NCBI GenBank assembly: GCA_964016885.1
Contig: OZ024742.1
Location: forward strand, 68,634,001 to 68,698,000
Direction: 5' to 3'
DNA: 64,000 nt
Origin: Eledone cirrhosa
Lineage: Eukaryota
Below are positions 1 through 12,769 of the stretch, in pieces. Below the pieces are notes generated by a model. That model saw only the letters and a program-made list of their open reading frames with translations, did no database searches and was not told where the DNA came from. How positions within the stretch are numbered: the stretch's first letter is position 1; every line of letters starts with the position of its first letter. Both the position numbers and the translations under genes were made by a program.

Positions 1-222
1 TATATATATGTATGTATATATATATATGTATGTATATATATATGTATGTATATATATATACGTATGTATATATATGTATGTATATATATATATGTATGTA
101 TATATATATGTATGTATATATATATACGTATGTATATATATATATGTATATATATATATATGTATGTATATATATATATGTATGTATATATATACATGTA
201 TGTATATATATATATATGTATG

Positions 223-265
<43 letters not shown>

Positions 266-300
266 ATGTGTATATATATGTATGTATATATATATACATG

Positions 301-357
<57 letters not shown>

Positions 358-392
358 ATGTGTATATATATGTATGTATATATATATACATG

Positions 393-439
<47 letters not shown>

Positions 440-474
440 ATGTGTATATATATGTATGTATATATATATACATG

Positions 475-525
<51 letters not shown>

Positions 526-634
526 ATGTGTATATATATGTACGTATATATATATACATGTATGTATATATATATATATATGTGTATGTGTATATATATA
601 TGTATGTGTATATATATGTATGTGTATATATATG

Positions 635-675
<41 letters not shown>

Positions 676-1224
676 ATATATATATATATATATGTGTATA
701 TATATATGTATGTGTATATATATATGTATGTGTATATATATATATGTGTATGTATATATATATATATGTATGTGTATATATATATATATCTGTATATGTA
801 TATATATATATATATGTATGTGTATATATATGTATGTGTATATATATATATATGTGTATATATATATGTATGTGTATATATATATATATGTGTATATATA
901 TATATATGTATGTGTATATATATATATATGTATGTGTATATATATGTATGTGTATATATATATATATATATGTATGTGTATATATATATATATGTTAGTG
1001 TATATATATATATGTATGTGTATATATATGTATGTGTATATATATATGTATGTGTATATATATATATATGTTAGTGTATATATATATATGTATGTGTATA
1101 TATATATGTATGTGTATATATATATGTATGTGTATATATATATATATGTTAGTGTATATATATATATATGTATGTGTATATATATATGTATGTGTATATA
1201 TATATGTATGTGTATATATATATG

Positions 1225-1265
<41 letters not shown>

Positions 1266-1478
1266 ATATATATGTATGTGTATATATGTATGTGTATATA
1301 TATATATATATATATATGTGTATATATATGTATGTGTATATATATATGTATGTGTATATATATATATATGTGTATATATATTTATATGTGTATATATATA
1401 TATGTATGTGTGTATATATATATATATGTATGTTTGTATGTGTGTATATATATATGTATGTATATATGTATGTGTATA
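1..1478. repeat. Compound (TA)n/(TATG)n/(TG)n microsatellite array
   Basis: About 1.5 kb almost entirely of TA/TG dinucleotides, with higher-order units (e.g. tatgttagtg three times at ~77 bp spacing). Confidence 0.97.
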
Positions 1479-1920
1479 TCATCATCATCACCATTTTAGG
1501 TCCGTTCTTCCACGCTAGCATGGGTTAGACGTGTTGTCCTGTTGTGTGCAGTGTCTGGTCGGCTCACCATGCCTTGCTCATACAGGAACTGATTTGGCTT
1601 GATTTCTACAGCTGGATGCCCTTCCTAACAGGAACCTCATTTACAGTGAGTGCTGGGTGCTTTTTCCTTGGTGCCTACACGTCCACTTTACAGTGTGGGC
1701 TGGGTGCTTTCTTGCCGTGGCACCTCCACGACCACCTTGTGGTGGGGGGTGTGGGGGCATATTGTTTATATGCTTCAGCATGTACCCATGGGAGGTCGGG
1801 TACTCTGTATTACTGCGTGACGCCAGAAGTCACGGTCGTGTGTCATTGTCTTTGAGAGGTGTAATTGGGTAAGTTCGGCTTTTATCACCTCATCCCAAGT
1901 CATCTTGGGTCTCCCCACTC
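1478..1920 (-). mobile_element. RTE-tail-type SINE/LINE 3' end ((GAT)n tail; cccatgctagc..ggaa..ggac motif)
   Basis: Same tail recurs at 10495-10743, 19255-19450, 21893-22143, 22845-23035, 25455-25610, 28130-28385, 47240-47390, 52908-53330 and 63285-63460. Confidence 0.7.
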
Positions 1921-2051
1921 GTGTATACATATATATATATGTATGTGTATATATATATATATCTGTATATATATATGTATGTGTGTGTGTATATATATAT
2001 ATATGTATGTGTGTGTATATATGTGTATGTGTGTATATATATATATGTGTA

Positions 2052-2091
<40 letters not shown>

Positions 2092-2099
2092 CTTAAGGT

Positions 2100-2555
2100 A
2101 AACATTGATGCAATTCAATTCAAGCACCCAACGTACTTTTCCACATAGGAGTGACAGCCGGCTGCCACTGGCAGGGTGGCTAGCTGTAAACTACAACCGT
2201 GTCGTATTACAGATCTGGATGGAGCGATTGTTTGGTTGAGAGGGGGACCTGCCTAGGCGAGTTTCGTAGAACTTTGGGGTAGTTGATGGTCAACTTCCTT
2301 CGCACTTGCGCCTGCGCAGACTGGTGGGGGTGAATTAGGACTCACAAGGGAACGGGCGAAGAATTCAAGAGCACACGCTTTGTCAGTTCCCATGTCCATT
2401 CAATTTGGATTGCCTCGGAAATATAACTTTATTATGTAAGGAGCGGTCTGATGATATAATGGCACTGGGTACGCCGAACCGTGTGGCCACTGTCGTCATT
2501 GAAATATGTATCACAGCATTATCATTAAAGGACTTTAACATCTGAAACTACTTCG
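2100..2555 (-). mobile_element. Probable Penelope-like element 3' fragment (degenerate GIY-YIG C-terminus)
   Basis: Minus-strand frames give NAV..FNDDSGH.../SAIISSDRS/ISEAIQI, resembling the AV..H...GH...II....EAI.I end of PLE endonucleases; CpG-rich; flanked by TA arrays. Confidence 0.45.
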
Positions 2556-2570
2556 CTATATATATATATA

Positions 2571-2603
<33 letters not shown>

Positions 2604-2628
2604 GTATGTATATGTGTGTATATATATA

Positions 2629-2661
<33 letters not shown>

Positions 2662-2680
2662 GTGTGTATATATATATATA

Positions 2681-2725
<45 letters not shown>

Positions 2726-2774
2726 ATATATATGTATATATATACGTGTGTATATATATATATGTATGTATATA

Positions 2775-3808
2775 TGTTATCTCTTTCTCTTAATTTCGAG
2801 TATAATTTTTTGACCGCCCACCTTCCTGGTGGCAAGATTGTAAAAGAAAAGAAATTGTCATCCCTTGAATTGCAAGAATGTTTTGCAAGGTATTTTGAAG
2901 GTGCCAGCTATCGCAACCATTTGTAGACTATGAATTAGGGAGCTGCGCTCTTTCTCCGCAAGTTCGGTCATACTTTGGTCCAAGCGGGTTGGTATATAAC
3001 CCGTAGCTCCAATAATGATGGGTATGAAGCTAAAGGTGTATCTTGGATACTGAATTTGTAAACGCCTCATCAATGGTCCGTAGATGTCCTCCTTCTCCTG
3101 TATTTTTCTGACAACGTTTACATCAAGTGGGCAGCTGATCTCCACAACAGAACACGTTTTCAATGTATGGTCCCAAACAACAATATCAGGCCGGTTGTGC
3201 TTTAATTTGGTGGCAGTTTTTATTTTCAGGTTCCACCAGTATTCCTTAGTGCCATCTGTCTCAATATTTGGTGGCAGTTTTTATCTTCAGGTTCCACCAG
3301 TATTCCTTAGTGCCATTTGTCTCAATATATTCTTCCTCGTTTGTTGTTAATTTTGTTTTCCGAAGTGCATTCCAGATGGTTCTAGCTATCCCATCGTGTC
3401 TCATGGGGAGGTAGTAGCGAGATGACATTCTTTCGCAGCTGGCAACAATGTGGCTTACATCCTCGATCTTTGTTTTACATAGCCTACATTTATTGTCAGC
3501 TGATGGCCCTCCCCTTTTGTGCAGCAGATATTTGGTAGGGAGTTCTTGTTCCTGTATTGCATAGAGATATCCCTTAAGGTGTGATGTCATAAACTTGTCG
3601 GAACTCCATGCCAGGCTTTTTGAGTGGTTTATCCCCTCTATGGTCTGTGTTTTAAGTCTCAAGTATACATGCACAACTTTTTCTGTAAATTGGTCAATTT
3701 TTTCATATTGTTTGAACATTGAATAGGATCTTCCGATTTCTCTGGGTGAGAGATTTATATCAGGCTTTATACCATATCTCTCCTCCAGATCAGTGGCTAT
3801 TCTAATGA
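2775..3808 (-). mobile_element. R4/Dong-clade non-LTR retrotransposon, 5'-truncated 3' end (CCHC finger plus restriction-like endonuclease)
   Basis: AIQEQEL.TK, CRLC...EDVSHIVASC, RHD, KHNRPDIVVWD, VEISCP, EKEDIY, IPIIIGATG; a 61-bp tandem duplication (3206/3267) frameshifts it. Confidence 0.88.
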
Positions 3809-3854
3809 TATATTTATATATATGTATGTATGTATATATATATGTATATATATA

Positions 3855-5106
3855 CAGGGTGCGGACGATATTTGTTCGCAAGATTACTGTCTAGGAAAAA
3901 ATAACACAGTAGTTTTATTTTTTAAGATATATTTATCAAACTTGGGTCAGTTTGTCTTCATGACTTGTTCTTTCGATCTCACTTGATAAACCTGCTATTG
4001 GCTTTGATGACGACTTAGGCCCCTAAAGGCACTTGTGATCCTGGCCTTCAGATCATCTTTCGTATTGCAGCTAGATCTGTTGGTGTCTCGTTCCACTGCG
4101 CCCCACACAAAGAAGTCGAGGGGGTTGCAGTCAGGTGAGCTGGGAGGCCAGATGTCAGGTGAAGTGTGGTCGACGAAGTTCTCTGACAGCCAGGCTAGGG
4201 TCTTTCGGCTGGTATGGCAGGGCACGGAGTCTTGCTGCCACACATTTGGCCTACCTGCAGCTACCTGGTCGATCCAGGGCTTTACTACCTCGCTCAGAAT
4301 GCGGATGTAGCCATCGGTGTTCAGCTTGAGACTCTCAGGGAAGAAGTGAGGTGGCATGACGTTACCTTGACTGCTGACGACACCTAAGACCAATGTTGTC
4401 GCTGGAAACTTTGTCTGCATGACTCTGGGCACGTCTTTGGATGAGACAGCGAGCCACCTGTTGTTCTGGGAGTTGATCTTCTGGTCTTGGCAGAAGTTTT
4501 TCTTGTCGGAGAAAAACCACAGCATGTCTGGCTCCAGTGGGTATTTCAACTTGTTGATCAGCTTCTTTGCGTGCTTCAGTAGTCGCCTTCCTTGCATCGC
4601 CTTTGATAGAAATTGTCATTTCCTCATCTTGTATGAAACGTAGTGAATGTCTTCATGTACCACCAGCCTAATGAGCTTTTCATCCATGCCTTTCTCCCTT
4701 GCAATGGCACGCATCGACTTGCTAGGTTCATTGTTGATGATATCCTGAACTTCAGCGACGAACTCGGGCGTTCTGAAGGCGTCAGATCGTCGATCATGTG
4801 TTTTCCTCTCTGATGTTGCTTCGTAGTCAAATCCTGAATCTTCCAATTCCTTTCTGGCCTTTTCCACCATTCTCCTGCTGACGCTGAGAAAGTCTGAAAT
4901 TTCCTTATTTGTCCTCCTGGCGCAGATTGCAAGAAGAACTCTTCCACAAATTTGGAGGTTCAAAATTATTCATAATCAATTATTCTGAAAATAAATAATG
5001 GAAATATAGTCACTGTTTTTATGAAGACAAGAGTGACAACGGAAGTAAAAAAAATTTGCATAAAATTAGCAGTTGAAAATTGCGAACAAATATCGTCCAC
5101 ACCCTG
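3855..5106 (-). mobile_element. Tc1/mariner DNA transposon, DD37D (maT) family, near full length, inactivated
   Basis: 27-bp TIRs CAGGGTG(C/T)GGACGATATTTGTTCGCAA with 1 mismatch, TA on both flanks; transposase 4963-3995 with FSD, QQD and NPLD, 37 residues between the 2nd and 3rd D; in-frame TGA at 4618-4616. Confidence 0.93.
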
Positions 5107-5353
5107 TATATGTATATATTTATATGTATATATATATGTATATGTATATATATATGTATATATATATATGTGTGTATGCGTATATATATATATATATGTG
5201 TGAGTGTGTATGTATATGTATATATGTGTATATGTGTGTTTATATGTATGTATGTTTATATGTATGTATGTATATATGTATATGTATGTATGTATATATG
5301 TATATGTGTGTATATGTATGTATGTATGTATATGTATGTGTGTATATGTATGT

Positions 5354-5387
<34 letters not shown>

Positions 5388-5661
5388 TATATGTATGTAG
5401 ATATATGTATGTATATATATATATATGTATTATATGTATGTATGTATATATATATATACATATGTATGTTTGTATATATATATATATGTATGTATGTTTG
5501 TATATATATATGTATGTATATATATATATATATGCATGTATGTATATATATACATATGTATGTTTGTATATATATATATGTATGTGTGTATATATATATG
5601 TAACTTTGAATAACTTTGAAATGTATGTATATATGTATGCATGCATGCACACATGTATATA

Positions 5662-5697
<36 letters not shown>

Positions 5698-5751
5698 TAT
5701 ATATGTATGTATATGTATGTATGTATGTATATATATGTATGTATATGTATG

Positions 5752-5783
<32 letters not shown>

Positions 5784-5929
5784 TGTATGTGTATATATGT
5801 ATGTATATATATGTATGTATGTGTATATATATATGTATATATATGTATGTATGTATATATATATGTATGTATGTATATGTATGTATGCATGTATGTATGT
5901 ATATATATGTATGTATGTATATATATATG

Positions 5930-5960
<31 letters not shown>

Positions 5961-5983
5961 GCATGTATGTATAGGTATGTATA

Positions 5984-6045
<62 letters not shown>
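5107..6045. repeat. (TATG)n/(TA)n microsatellite ending in (GA)n
   Basis: Direct reading. Confidence 0.96.
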
Positions 6046-6481
6046 ATTTAGTATATCTACCAACATATGCGTACAGATGTACACTAATGCTAGCTAATAC
6101 ATGTTATGTCATAGTACCTAGGTGGTTCAATGCAGGAGGATGCAGAACAATAATATGAAAGACGTAAAATAAGAAAATTTAAAAAAAATTAAAAATTAAC
6201 TTACTTACTAAAATTTTCTTCAACTAATTAGTTTCTGTAATGGGATAAAGATAATGTGAATGTATGAGTGTATGTATGCATGTACACCACATACATACAC
6301 CACTCACACACCTCAAATACATTATGTATCTATACAGATACACCTCTATGGTAAACAATATCCTACATCTCAAATAATCTTTCAATATCACTTCTCTTTC
6401 TCTCTTTTACTTTCTCAGCCTCCCATCAGATGTCGTCTTCCTAAGTGGACAACCTGTGCTGCTGTCACCATTGGCAACAAG

Positions 6482-6645
6482 ATGTCTGAAACTGGAATTC
6501 TGGATCATTCTTACATTACACTCACCTTGTTGAGTTTTCTTGGATTTTTGTTTATTTACGAATATCTCAGTCCTTGGATATCTTACTGGCTATGTCCAAA
6601 ATATAAGACCCTTACAGAAAAACAACAGATTAACTGGAACACAAG
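6482..6645 (+). CDS. TLCD4: TLCD4/TMEM56-like gene A, coding exon 1 (MSETGILDHSY...YEYLSPWISYWLCPKYKTLTEKQQINWNTR)
   Basis: ATG at 6482; hydrophobic helix plus the LSP..S...Y..L...Q..WN.R pattern of the TMEM56 N-terminus; donor AG|GTAAG at 6645/6646, phase 2; an upstream polypyrimidine acceptor (tttctcag, 6418) suggests a 5'UTR intron. Confidence 0.88.
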
Positions 6646-6769
6646 GTAAGGCAATTTGTTTCTACCTGTTTTATATGTCCATCTATGTATTATCATCCAC
6701 TTGTTGATCTGTGAATGATGGTCACTAGTCATTGTTGCTATTGTTTTTTTCTTTTATTTGTCTTGCTGT

Positions 6770-6940
6770 CTAGCAGTTCTGATCAAGCAGACCCTCTATC
6801 AAGTATTCTGGCCATATACCTTATTTTTGGATAATATATCCAGAACTTTATGGAATGTTTCCTTTCTTTTTAAGATGGTAAGGTGTGTTTTGTTGGGTAT
6901 ATTTCGCAGTAACTTAGAGGCTCTCTTGTTGGTTTGAGAA
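6770..6940 (-). mobile_element. Older SINE-like family (ctagaaatagcagccaaatctccc...ggacacattggataat...(AAC)n)
   Basis: Related copies at 12190-12430, 15900-16100, 20210-20420, 21160-21340, 32400-32580, 46450-46640, 53915-54130 and 55670-55845. Confidence 0.6.
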
Positions 6941-7997
6941 AACATTTAGAAATATGGATGTTCCTGTTGAGAGTACTGTTGAATAGAGCTAATGATTAAT
7001 TCGGTGGGGTGGGGGGCAATGTAGAACAAGAGAAAAACTGCTACTGTAATCATGTTTCAATTTCAATTCAAAGCCACTAACTCCCATGAGAAAGACATGA
7101 AAGGAAAAATAACCCATTTACTCTTCACTCCATTAAAAATTTAACAATATCCTTTGTACTTTAAAAAGAAAAGGAGCTAATTATTACAGCAACTCTCTCA
7201 TTGACTGTTTTATCCATTCTGGCATAGGGTAAATGCATATTTACAGTCCAAATATTCTCTTATCATTTCCATAAGTAGTGGCTCAAACTTTCTCTCCCTC
7301 TCTCTGGATCTCCTGTCTTCCTCATCTCTCTCTCTCTCTAGGTCTGTTGCCATGTATTTTGGCATAATCAACAACCATTAATTTATAATGTATGGTGTAT
7401 GCATGTCTCCTTCCTAGCCATCATACAACAAATGGGTATCTGTAAATGTAAAAATTTATTTCAATAAGGTACCATTGATTTCTCACTAACTGTGGAATAC
7501 CATATTTTGATCAAAATAGTTCACTGTCAGGTGTAATCAAATAGTAAAAGACTACCTTAATCTAGTGATCTCACAATTTTAACTGGTAAAACAGCCATTA
7601 ATGTTCAAGTTGCTGCTGCTTGCACAACTCTACGTATAGAGGGTTTTAGAGTGCATACCGATGCATACTGATGCATCTTTTTGAATTATTTCTAGTACTA
7701 GAAATTTTTATCATACACTGACATGTATGTGTATATGTGTGTGCATGTGTGTATGTGCATATACATACATTTATATGTATGCATATAAAAATATAAACAT
7801 GCAAACACAGACATGCTTCCCATTCCTTCCTTTTACACACATACATTCATGCAGGCATAAAGAGAGAGGAGTAGTATGAGGTAGTCAAACTACTCCTCTC
7901 TCTTTACGTCTTGTGACAGAATCACAGAAATTTATATATAGATAAACAAAAATGGCTGCTTTAGCTGTTGTCAGGCCACAGTATTGCTTAGCATCAT

Positions 7998-8181
7998 GGC
8001 GGTGGATTGGCAGTATCGGTAGAGGGTCGGACGCCATGCTTTCAAGCATAGTTACGTCCCTTTACGATCTGAGTTCAAATCCCGCCGAGGTTGACTTTGC
8101 CTTTCATCCTTACGGGGTCGATAAAATAAAGTACCAGTAATGCACTGGGTAATTGCTGGCCTTGTGCCTAAAGTAGAAACA
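7998..8181 (+). mobile_element. tRNA-derived SINE (main family), full length with target-site duplication
   Basis: A-box-like tggcagtatcggt, B-box gagttcaaatccc, central gcctttcatccttacggggtcgataaaat; 17-bp TSD gtattgcttagcatcat at 7981 and 8183. Confidence 0.9.
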
Positions 8182-8842
8182 AGTATTGCTTAGCATCATT
8201 TGACACTCGAGCATCAGATAACCTGCTTTGTGGCATATAATTATGCCCCTTTATGTTCTGAGTTCAAATTCTGCCAAGGTAAGCTTTGCCTTTCATCCTA
8301 ACAAGGTCAGTAAAGAACTGGGGTTGATTTAATCGACTTTCGCCTTTCCCTCAAATTGCTGGCCTTGTGCCAAATGTAAAAATGATATTCGACACTTAAG
8401 TAATATAACACACAGTAAATGATATTGCTTGAATCTGACAATAGAACAAGGTAGTTAAGGTGTTAATTAAGGAGGAATTTTGTTTCCTGTTAATATCCCA
8501 GTATCTTGATTTCAGAAATAGCTAGCCTCAGAATGTTATATAATTTTGAAACATTAGGCTCATTTTAGCTTCACAGACTCAGCATTAGATATAACTGGCA
8601 GAGCTCCAGCTCACCTTACCCTTCACTCCAAACTTCAGTATATAGGATGCAGGGTAGTTTTTTTAGATGTATTCTATAGGGGGAAATGTGTTTAATAAGG
8701 TATATTTACTATATTACTAAGATTACTCTCTGCCATTACTCTGAGTTTCACAATTACTCATTGATTACTCGACAGTCCCTCCCCCTGCTCTCTCTCTCTC
8801 TATTTATATATTTATATTTGGTCTGTTCATGTTTGTCAATCC

Positions 8843-9572
8843 ATATCAAGAAGTCTTCCTGTGAACGTGACCTGGGCATTACGGGCAGCAGCGATTTGCG
8901 TTGGACGAGGCACATCTCTAAAATTGTCAAGAGGGCCGAGGGTGTCTTAGCATCACTCAGCAAGACCTTTGTCAGCCGCTCTCCAGATATCTATTTAAGG
9001 CTGTATACAGCTATGGTGCGACCACACTTAGAATTTGCATCACCAGTCTGGAACCCCTATCTTGCTCAGAACATTGACCGCCTGGAAACTGTTCAGAGAC
9101 GTGCAACCAAGCGAATACCCTCCATCAGGCATCTACCATACTCTGAGCACCTTGCTTCCCTGGGTATGGATTCATTGAAGCTCCGACGCCTGGCAACTGA
9201 CTTGGTAAACACCCATAAAATTGTTAACCATGTTGCCAACAACAACCCTGAGTACCTTTTTGATTTCCATGTGTCTAACACAAGTGAACATGCCCACAAA
9301 GTAAGAAAACAGCACAGTTCCCATGACTTTCGGAAACATTTTTTCACGCTCAGAGTTGCTGAAGCATGGAACAAACTACCTGCATCAGTTGTTAGCTGTC
9401 GAGACACTGCATCCTTTAAGGCCTCCATGCTTCCCAAGATCCGCCAACACTACAGCTAACACATACACACATGTACTTCCCTGACATTTGTGTATTATTC
9501 TATGTACTATACATACACCTTTGACGAGTTGTAGTGCACCTGAGCACTTTACACAATAATTTCATTATTATA
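8843..9572 (+). mobile_element. CR1/L2-clade LINE 3' fragment (RT C-terminus plus 3'UTR)
   Basis: ERDLGI, LY.AMVRPHLEFASPVWNP, LETVQRRATKRIP, FF..RV..WN.LP; the same 3'UTR tail recurs inverted at ~24055-24110. Confidence 0.9.
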
Positions 9573-10025
9573 ATTGTTTCTCAGTTGTGTGTATTGATCA
9601 ACTAGCACTTGTGTATGCAAACTTTAGCACTCGATGTAGTATACTTTCCAGACTGTGATGTAATCTTGCATGTTTATGTACAGCAGAGTTTTTTTTAATA
9701 ATAATGAAGAATAACGTAGTATTCTGGAATCTTACATAATTTAATTAATTACCTCATTGCTGTTATAGGTATTTTCATGGTATCAATTATGTACTAGATT
9801 CAGCCTCATCAGACAGCTATTATGTAATTTGTTATGCTGCAATATATTCCGGGCAAATATTTTGATGTTGCTCCTATCACACTCAGTTGTCCAACAGGCG
9901 TAAAAGGAGCAACATCAAAATACTCACCCAGAGCTTATCACAGTATAAAAGATATATAAAAAATTACATAAGTGATACCATTTAAATGCATATATATCAT
10001 CATCATCATCATTTATATATATATA

Positions 10026-10059
<34 letters not shown>

Positions 10060-10063
<4 letters not shown>

Positions 10064-10360
10064 AACGGCAAAGCATAAACGAACTAAGGAAAAAATTAGA
10101 AATAAGAGGGATCAGATGTTGTTTACTCGAGAGAAGGCTACGTTGGTATGGACACGTGATGCGCATGAAAGTCGATAGCTGTATAACAAAGTGCAGGGCA
10201 ATAAAGATAGATGGTAGCCACGGAATAGGCAGACCTAGAAAATCCTGGGACGAGCTGATAAACTCCGACCTCACACACTTACACCTCTCCAAGACAATGT
10301 CACTGGACCGAGACCTTTGGCGGTACTCAGTAACAGAGAAGACCCACCTTACCTAAATAC
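10060..10360 (+). mobile_element. RTE-clade LINE 3' fragment
   Basis: Frameshifted L.W.GHVMRM...GRPRKSW...DR..WR motif typical of the RTE ORF end. Confidence 0.75.
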
Positions 10361-10740
10361 ATAGTAAAACCTACTACAGCCAGTAGGCATCTCTAACAAA
10401 ATACACCCCATCTCACCCCCACCCCATCCACACCACCCCGTTCTATGTAAAGTTATGTTGGTACCACAACATCCAGGCCGAAACAAATGAGATCGTGTAG
10501 GTGTCACGACAAAAAAACACACAGTCCACGCTGTAATGTGGCCGTGTAGGCAACACGGTAAAAACCTCCCAGACCCACACTGTAAATGTGGTTGGTGTTA
10601 GGAAGGGCATCCAACTGTAGAAAAACCTGCCAGACAGTCCTATGCGAGCAAGACAATCACTCTTGCCTCAAGTGGGACTACCCCCGTCCAAACCCATGCA
10701 AGCGTGGAACACGGACGTTAAACGTTGATGATGATGATGA

Positions 10741-10773
<33 letters not shown>

Positions 10774-10775
<2 letters not shown>

Positions 10776-10958
10776 AGGGTGAGTTGAAAATTTCATAGGC
10801 TGATCAAGATATTTTTAAGAAATGACCAAATGAGGTGTATTTTTCAACATAGACCCTTAAAAGAAATAATGCAGTTATTAATAAGAAGAGTCAAAATCAA
10901 TGCATACAAGATTTCACAGCTCTAGCATCATTCCTCTGAACTTTTCAGCCCACCCTCA
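10774..10958. mobile_element. Mariner-like MITE
   Basis: Imperfect TIRs aagggtgagttgaaaa / ttttcagcccaccctc within TA arrays. Confidence 0.6.
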
Positions 10959-10961
10959 TAT

Positions 10962-11011
<50 letters not shown>

Positions 11012-11724
11012 AGATTCAGGACTTCGACAGCTGAGCCCCGGCCGTTTCGACAGCTATATATATATGCAAAAGGCAAACAGAAATAACAAAGCAAACGACA
11101 CAGTACAATGAAGAAATATGTTGGTTATGCTTGATATAGTAGGAAAAGACTTAACATTCCAAACATTAGCCCTTCATCAGAAAATAGAATGGGAAATTAA
11201 AGAAGACATAGAGAAATAGAGGCGAGTGAATAGTGGCAGAATCGAAAATATTTCTTTGAGCAAAAATAGGTCTATTCAGGTCGCTATCTCTCTTGGAAAA
11301 CTGTTCAGTATTGCTATATAAGAAGTTCAGTTGGTCATGTTGAGAGAGAGAAAGAGAGAGATACCATCTAAAGAAAATTTATGTGTTGCATATCAGAGAA
11401 ACTCTGAGTAGTGATAGTCTTGTATTGTACTATATATGCACACACAGACACAGTATTGATATATTTCTATATGTACTCATGTAAAAATATATGTGAGTGA
11501 ATATGTGTTGCTTGTGTACACATACATGTTTGTATATGTGTTATATACTCAGTATGTGTATGTACATGAAAGGGTTTAAAGTTGTCATTACAAAGTTCAC
11601 TGCTGTGTTATACTTCATTATAAAACATGTTCTGACATCAACAACAACACTAACACCAATAATTATATTTATGAAATGGATGACATTGATAATGATGTGG
11701 ATGATGTTCAAGTTGATTATAAAT

Positions 11725-12118
11725 ATAATTGTTTCTACTTTTGACACAAGGCCAGCAATTATCTCAGTGTATTACTGGTACTTTATTTTATCGACCCCAT
11801 AAAGAGGAAAGGCAAAGTTAACCTCAGCGGGATTTGAACTCAGACCATAAAGGGACGTAACTCTTTGCTACAAAGCATGGCATCTGACCCTCTACCGATA
11901 ATTGTTTCTTATATAGGCACAAGGCCAGCAATTTTGGGGGAGGGGAAAGTCGATTAAATCGACCCCAGTGCGTGACTGGTACTTTATTTTATCGACCCTG
12001 TAAAGATGAAAGGCAAAGTTAACCTCGGCAGAATTTGAACTCAGATCATAAAGGGCCATAACTTTATGCTGCAAAGCATGGCGTCCGGCCCTCTACCAAT
12101 ACTGCCAATCCACCGCCC
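11725..12118 (-). mobile_element. Two tandem tRNA-SINE copies
   Basis: Reverse complements of the 7998 element. Confidence 0.85.
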
Positions 12119-12644
12119 TTCATTATCTAAACTATAATAAAGTAAATATAATATTGACAATATATGTTTCTTGGTGATGATGTTGTTGTTATTGGTCAAT
12201 CCTGACAGAGAAGAGCTAAGCAGACAGATTTATAATCAAAGGTCATTTCAGATTTGACCATGCCATCATTTTTCGTTTGTTTGTTTTTCTAGACATAGTA
12301 TACTTTGGATAACATCATCCAATATGACCTTCCTTTAAATAATTATTTGGCATATATGGTGTGAAGGAGATTTGGTTGCTATTTCTAGGAGGTAATATGA
12401 CCACGTGGAGACTATATTGCTGGTTCATTGATAATGCCTGTTGTTTATGATGATAGTAGTAGCAGTGGTGATGTTAACAACAGCAACATTAATAATTCTC
12501 TTCTTAATATCCTACTTTTTAACCTATTTCATAGAAACTGCTTGTCTTAATCTACTTTAAATTCAGCGGATTAGGGAGTTAATTCAGAGTTAATCGCATG
12601 TACTAATCCTCTCTTTCTCTCTCACACTCTCTCTCTCTTTGCAG

Positions 12645-12734
12645 AGTCATCTCCAGTGTTCATGCAGTAATTATGGGATCTATATGTCTCTACACAATAC
12701 ACTTTGATCCAGAAGTCAGAGATGATCCAATATG
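12645..12734 (+). CDS. TLCD4: TLCD4/TMEM56-like gene A, coding exon 2 (RVISSVHAVIMGSICLYTIHFDPEVRDDPIW)
   Basis: tttgcag acceptor, TG|GTACGT donor; 90 nt, phase 2-2; S..HA...DP.W motif of the TLC domain. Confidence 0.93.
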
Positions 12735-12769
12735 GTACGTCCAACACCTGACACTTTCTTCGGATTTTT

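Noticed and set aside
4616-4618. In-frame TGA in the transposase as selenocysteine or readthrough
   Set aside because: No SECIS seen and the element has other inactivating lesions; a simple nonsense mutation is more parsimonious
8-6084. Long ORFs rich in Y/I/M/V/C/H/T (up to 506 aa)
   Set aside because: Translations of (TA)n/(TATG)n/(CA)n microsatellites, which lack stop codons; open in several frames on both strands
7998-8100. tRNA-like sequences with A/B boxes (gagttcaaatccc)
   Set aside because: These are SINE heads: fused to a constant body and tail, with TSDs, many diverged copies and no intact cloverleaf
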